From: Phoronis australis
Taxonomy: Eukaryota > Animalia > Phoronida
Direction: 5' to 3'
Length of the DNA: 64,000 nucleotides
Assembly (NCBI GenBank): GCA_002633005.1
Contig: NMRA01000141.1
Location: 793,609-857,608 of the forward strand
Every line of letters begins with the position of its first letter. The first letter of the stretch is position 1. Below the pieces are notes generated by a model that did no database searches, was not told where the DNA came from, and worked only from the letters and a program-made list of their open reading frames with translations. Both the position numbers and the translations under genes were made by a program. Shown here piece after piece: positions 62,101 through 64,000 of the stretch.

Positions 62101-63271
62101 ATGTCGTCATCACTTTTCAGAACAAACTGGGCTCATGTTGTCCTAATTTTTCAGTCAGCTGATAAGCTTGGTGAAAGTCAGAAAACATGATGTAGATCAG
62201 TTGAATACAGGTCCATAAATGAATAAGCATCTTTACCAGGAAATAAAGTTAGCATTGCTTGCTCCTCTGCATTTCTGTCTGTGAAAAAAGCAAAACAAAA
62301 CATTTAATCCTTCAATATTGCTCTTGCAACTTTCTGTACTATGACAAGACTTTATTTCCTGCATAGGGCTCTCCTCAATAAAATTCAGTAAACTGTGAAC
62401 ATAATTTTGAGCGGGCTCTTCTGTTTAGCCTCAGGGTATTTCTCAATTACAACTGAATGTTGAGATCAATGCTATCATGACATGTTTGAAAGGCTTCAGT
62501 ATATTTTCACAATTGAGCACTAAGTTGGAAAATTATAAAACTTTGTCTTTTATAGTCTTGAAATTCTAGCTTTATTATGATCTGACTCAACATTTTGGTT
62601 AAAAGGATACCAAGCTGGGTTTTGGCCTATTAACAGATTCTAAAACGACTTTCCCATCCAGTTCTCTGAAACAAAATGTTTCTCTGTAATCCTCCACAAC
62701 CCTCAAAAGTTTGGAGGAAAATTTGAAAACTCCTTTCAAAGTCTGCTAAACTGGCAAGCACGACCTACACTTATAGCGAAAAGCACGGCAGTTGCGGGAA
62801 AAGACCACCAACCAAGGACCATCAAATATCCTGTCCGTGAGATAGGGGGTATGAGTTTTTAGTTGATTCCTGCCTTTAATTTGGAAGATTGATGCCAATG
62901 ATGCATTAGCACATGACAAAACTAGGATTGGTGGAAATCATCAAAATAGGGCTTAGTATCATTTTAAGTAAAATATGTTATGACAGAAGAAAGAAATGCA
63001 AATCAAATTGGTGTGTGTTTGATAATGGCAGTCCCTGGTGAGAGTCGATTCCAGGGTGACTCCTGCAGAATGAATCTCTGCTTGATTAGTGTGTGTGCTT
63101 TTGCGCATTGAGTTCTGAAGTTACAAATAATGTTAATCGCTAATGAACTAGACACATTTATTTAACTGTACTGCTTTCCATAATCCAGTGCTGCGGGTAA
63201 TTTCTAGAAGTTACTGGCAAACTTATTTCTTGTGACACTGCCTCATTAGCAGGCATTCAGAGACCAGAGTT

Positions 63272-63495
63272 AGTGACTGTTCAGAGTATAGTGAACGTTC
63301 AGAGTACAGTGACCATTCAGAGTATAGTGAACATTCAGAGTATAGCGACCATTCAGAGTATAGTTAACATTCAGAGTATAGTGACCATTCAGAGTATAGT
63401 GAACGTTCAGAGTATAGTGACCATTCAGAATATACTGAACGTTCAGAGTATAGTGAATGTTCAGAGTACAGTGAACATTCAGAGTATAGTGAACT
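63272..63495. repeat. 18-bp minisatellite, about 12 copies
   Basis: AGTGA(A/C)C(A/G)TTCAGAGTAT unit repeated in tandem. Confidence 0.9.
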
Positions 63496-63678
63496 TTCGG
63501 AGAATTGAACCTTCGGAGTGCTCAGAAGAGTATATAATTTTCAAAGAAACTAGTACTGAACCCTGACGGAGGCATTGGAACGCTGCAAGTTTGTGTGATG
63601 TGATGGAAAATTAAAATCATATTTGTCACACATTCACAAACCTAATTTTGACATGAGTCTTCTGTCCACCCGTAGCCA

Positions 63679-63780
63679 TGGCTTCCCATACCCCTGGCCT
63701 CCGCATACCCCTGGCCTCCCCATACCCCTGGCCTCCCTATACCCATGGCCTCCCCATACCCCTGGCCTCCCCATAGCCCT
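63679..63780. repeat. 17-bp C-rich minisatellite, about 6 copies
   Basis: GGCCTCCCCATACCCCT unit repeated in tandem. Confidence 0.9.
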
Positions 63781-64000
63781 AGGCGTAAGCCTCGCCAATC
63801 TTGTGGTTAATTCACCTCTGTCCTGATCTGTCTGCTGATCAAACGTTCCATTTTATGGTCCACATCTGAACAGGGCATTACCCTAGTGTGAGTGTGGACT
63901 GTGGATGATGTCTCCAAAACCACAAGACACTGCTGTTAAACATTATTGATTTCTAATTTTTGTTAAAAGCAGCTTATTCAATGTTCATTAACTGTTGGAA

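Noticed and set aside
59100-62400. Nested gene or further GPAT exons in short ORFs (e.g. 59539-59919, 60241-60534)
   Set aside because: No recognisable domain, no acyltransferase motifs and no consistent splice chain. RNA-seq would be needed to exclude a transcript.
63273-63566. 97-aa ORF with (TIQSIVNVQSIV)n repeats
   Set aside because: It is the translation of an 18-bp minisatellite, with a non-ATG start and no splice context.

Overview
Eukaryotic (intron-rich, AT-rich, most likely marine invertebrate bilaterian) genomic scaffold with single-N and multi-N assembly joins. By manual GT-AG exon walking I reconstruct seven protein-coding genes, six of them in three head-to-head pairs: alpha-catenin (-, 3'-partial and broken by a gap) / BRF2 (+); COX15 (-) / CUTC (+); ATP synthase subunit e ATP5ME (-) / GPAT3/4 (+, first exon only). 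The seventh is a GPI-type Ly6/uPAR (Sleepless/quiver-like) three-finger protein (+) with an unusual acidic loop. Introns are full of non-autonomous DNA transposons: a Tc2/pogo-like element, a Harbinger-like MITE that looks polymorphic between haplotypes, at least five MITEs with 5-bp TSDs, and a four-level nested stack. There are also minisatellites and two apparently uncollapsed heterozygous duplications. The most notable points are the vertebrate-like COX15-CUTC divergent pair, gene content matching the human 4/5/8(2)/10 paralogon, the acidic three-finger protein, and the transposon dynamics. I see no CRISPR array, no intact transposase and no prokaryotic system. Species identity and all homology calls are from memory, not from database searches.
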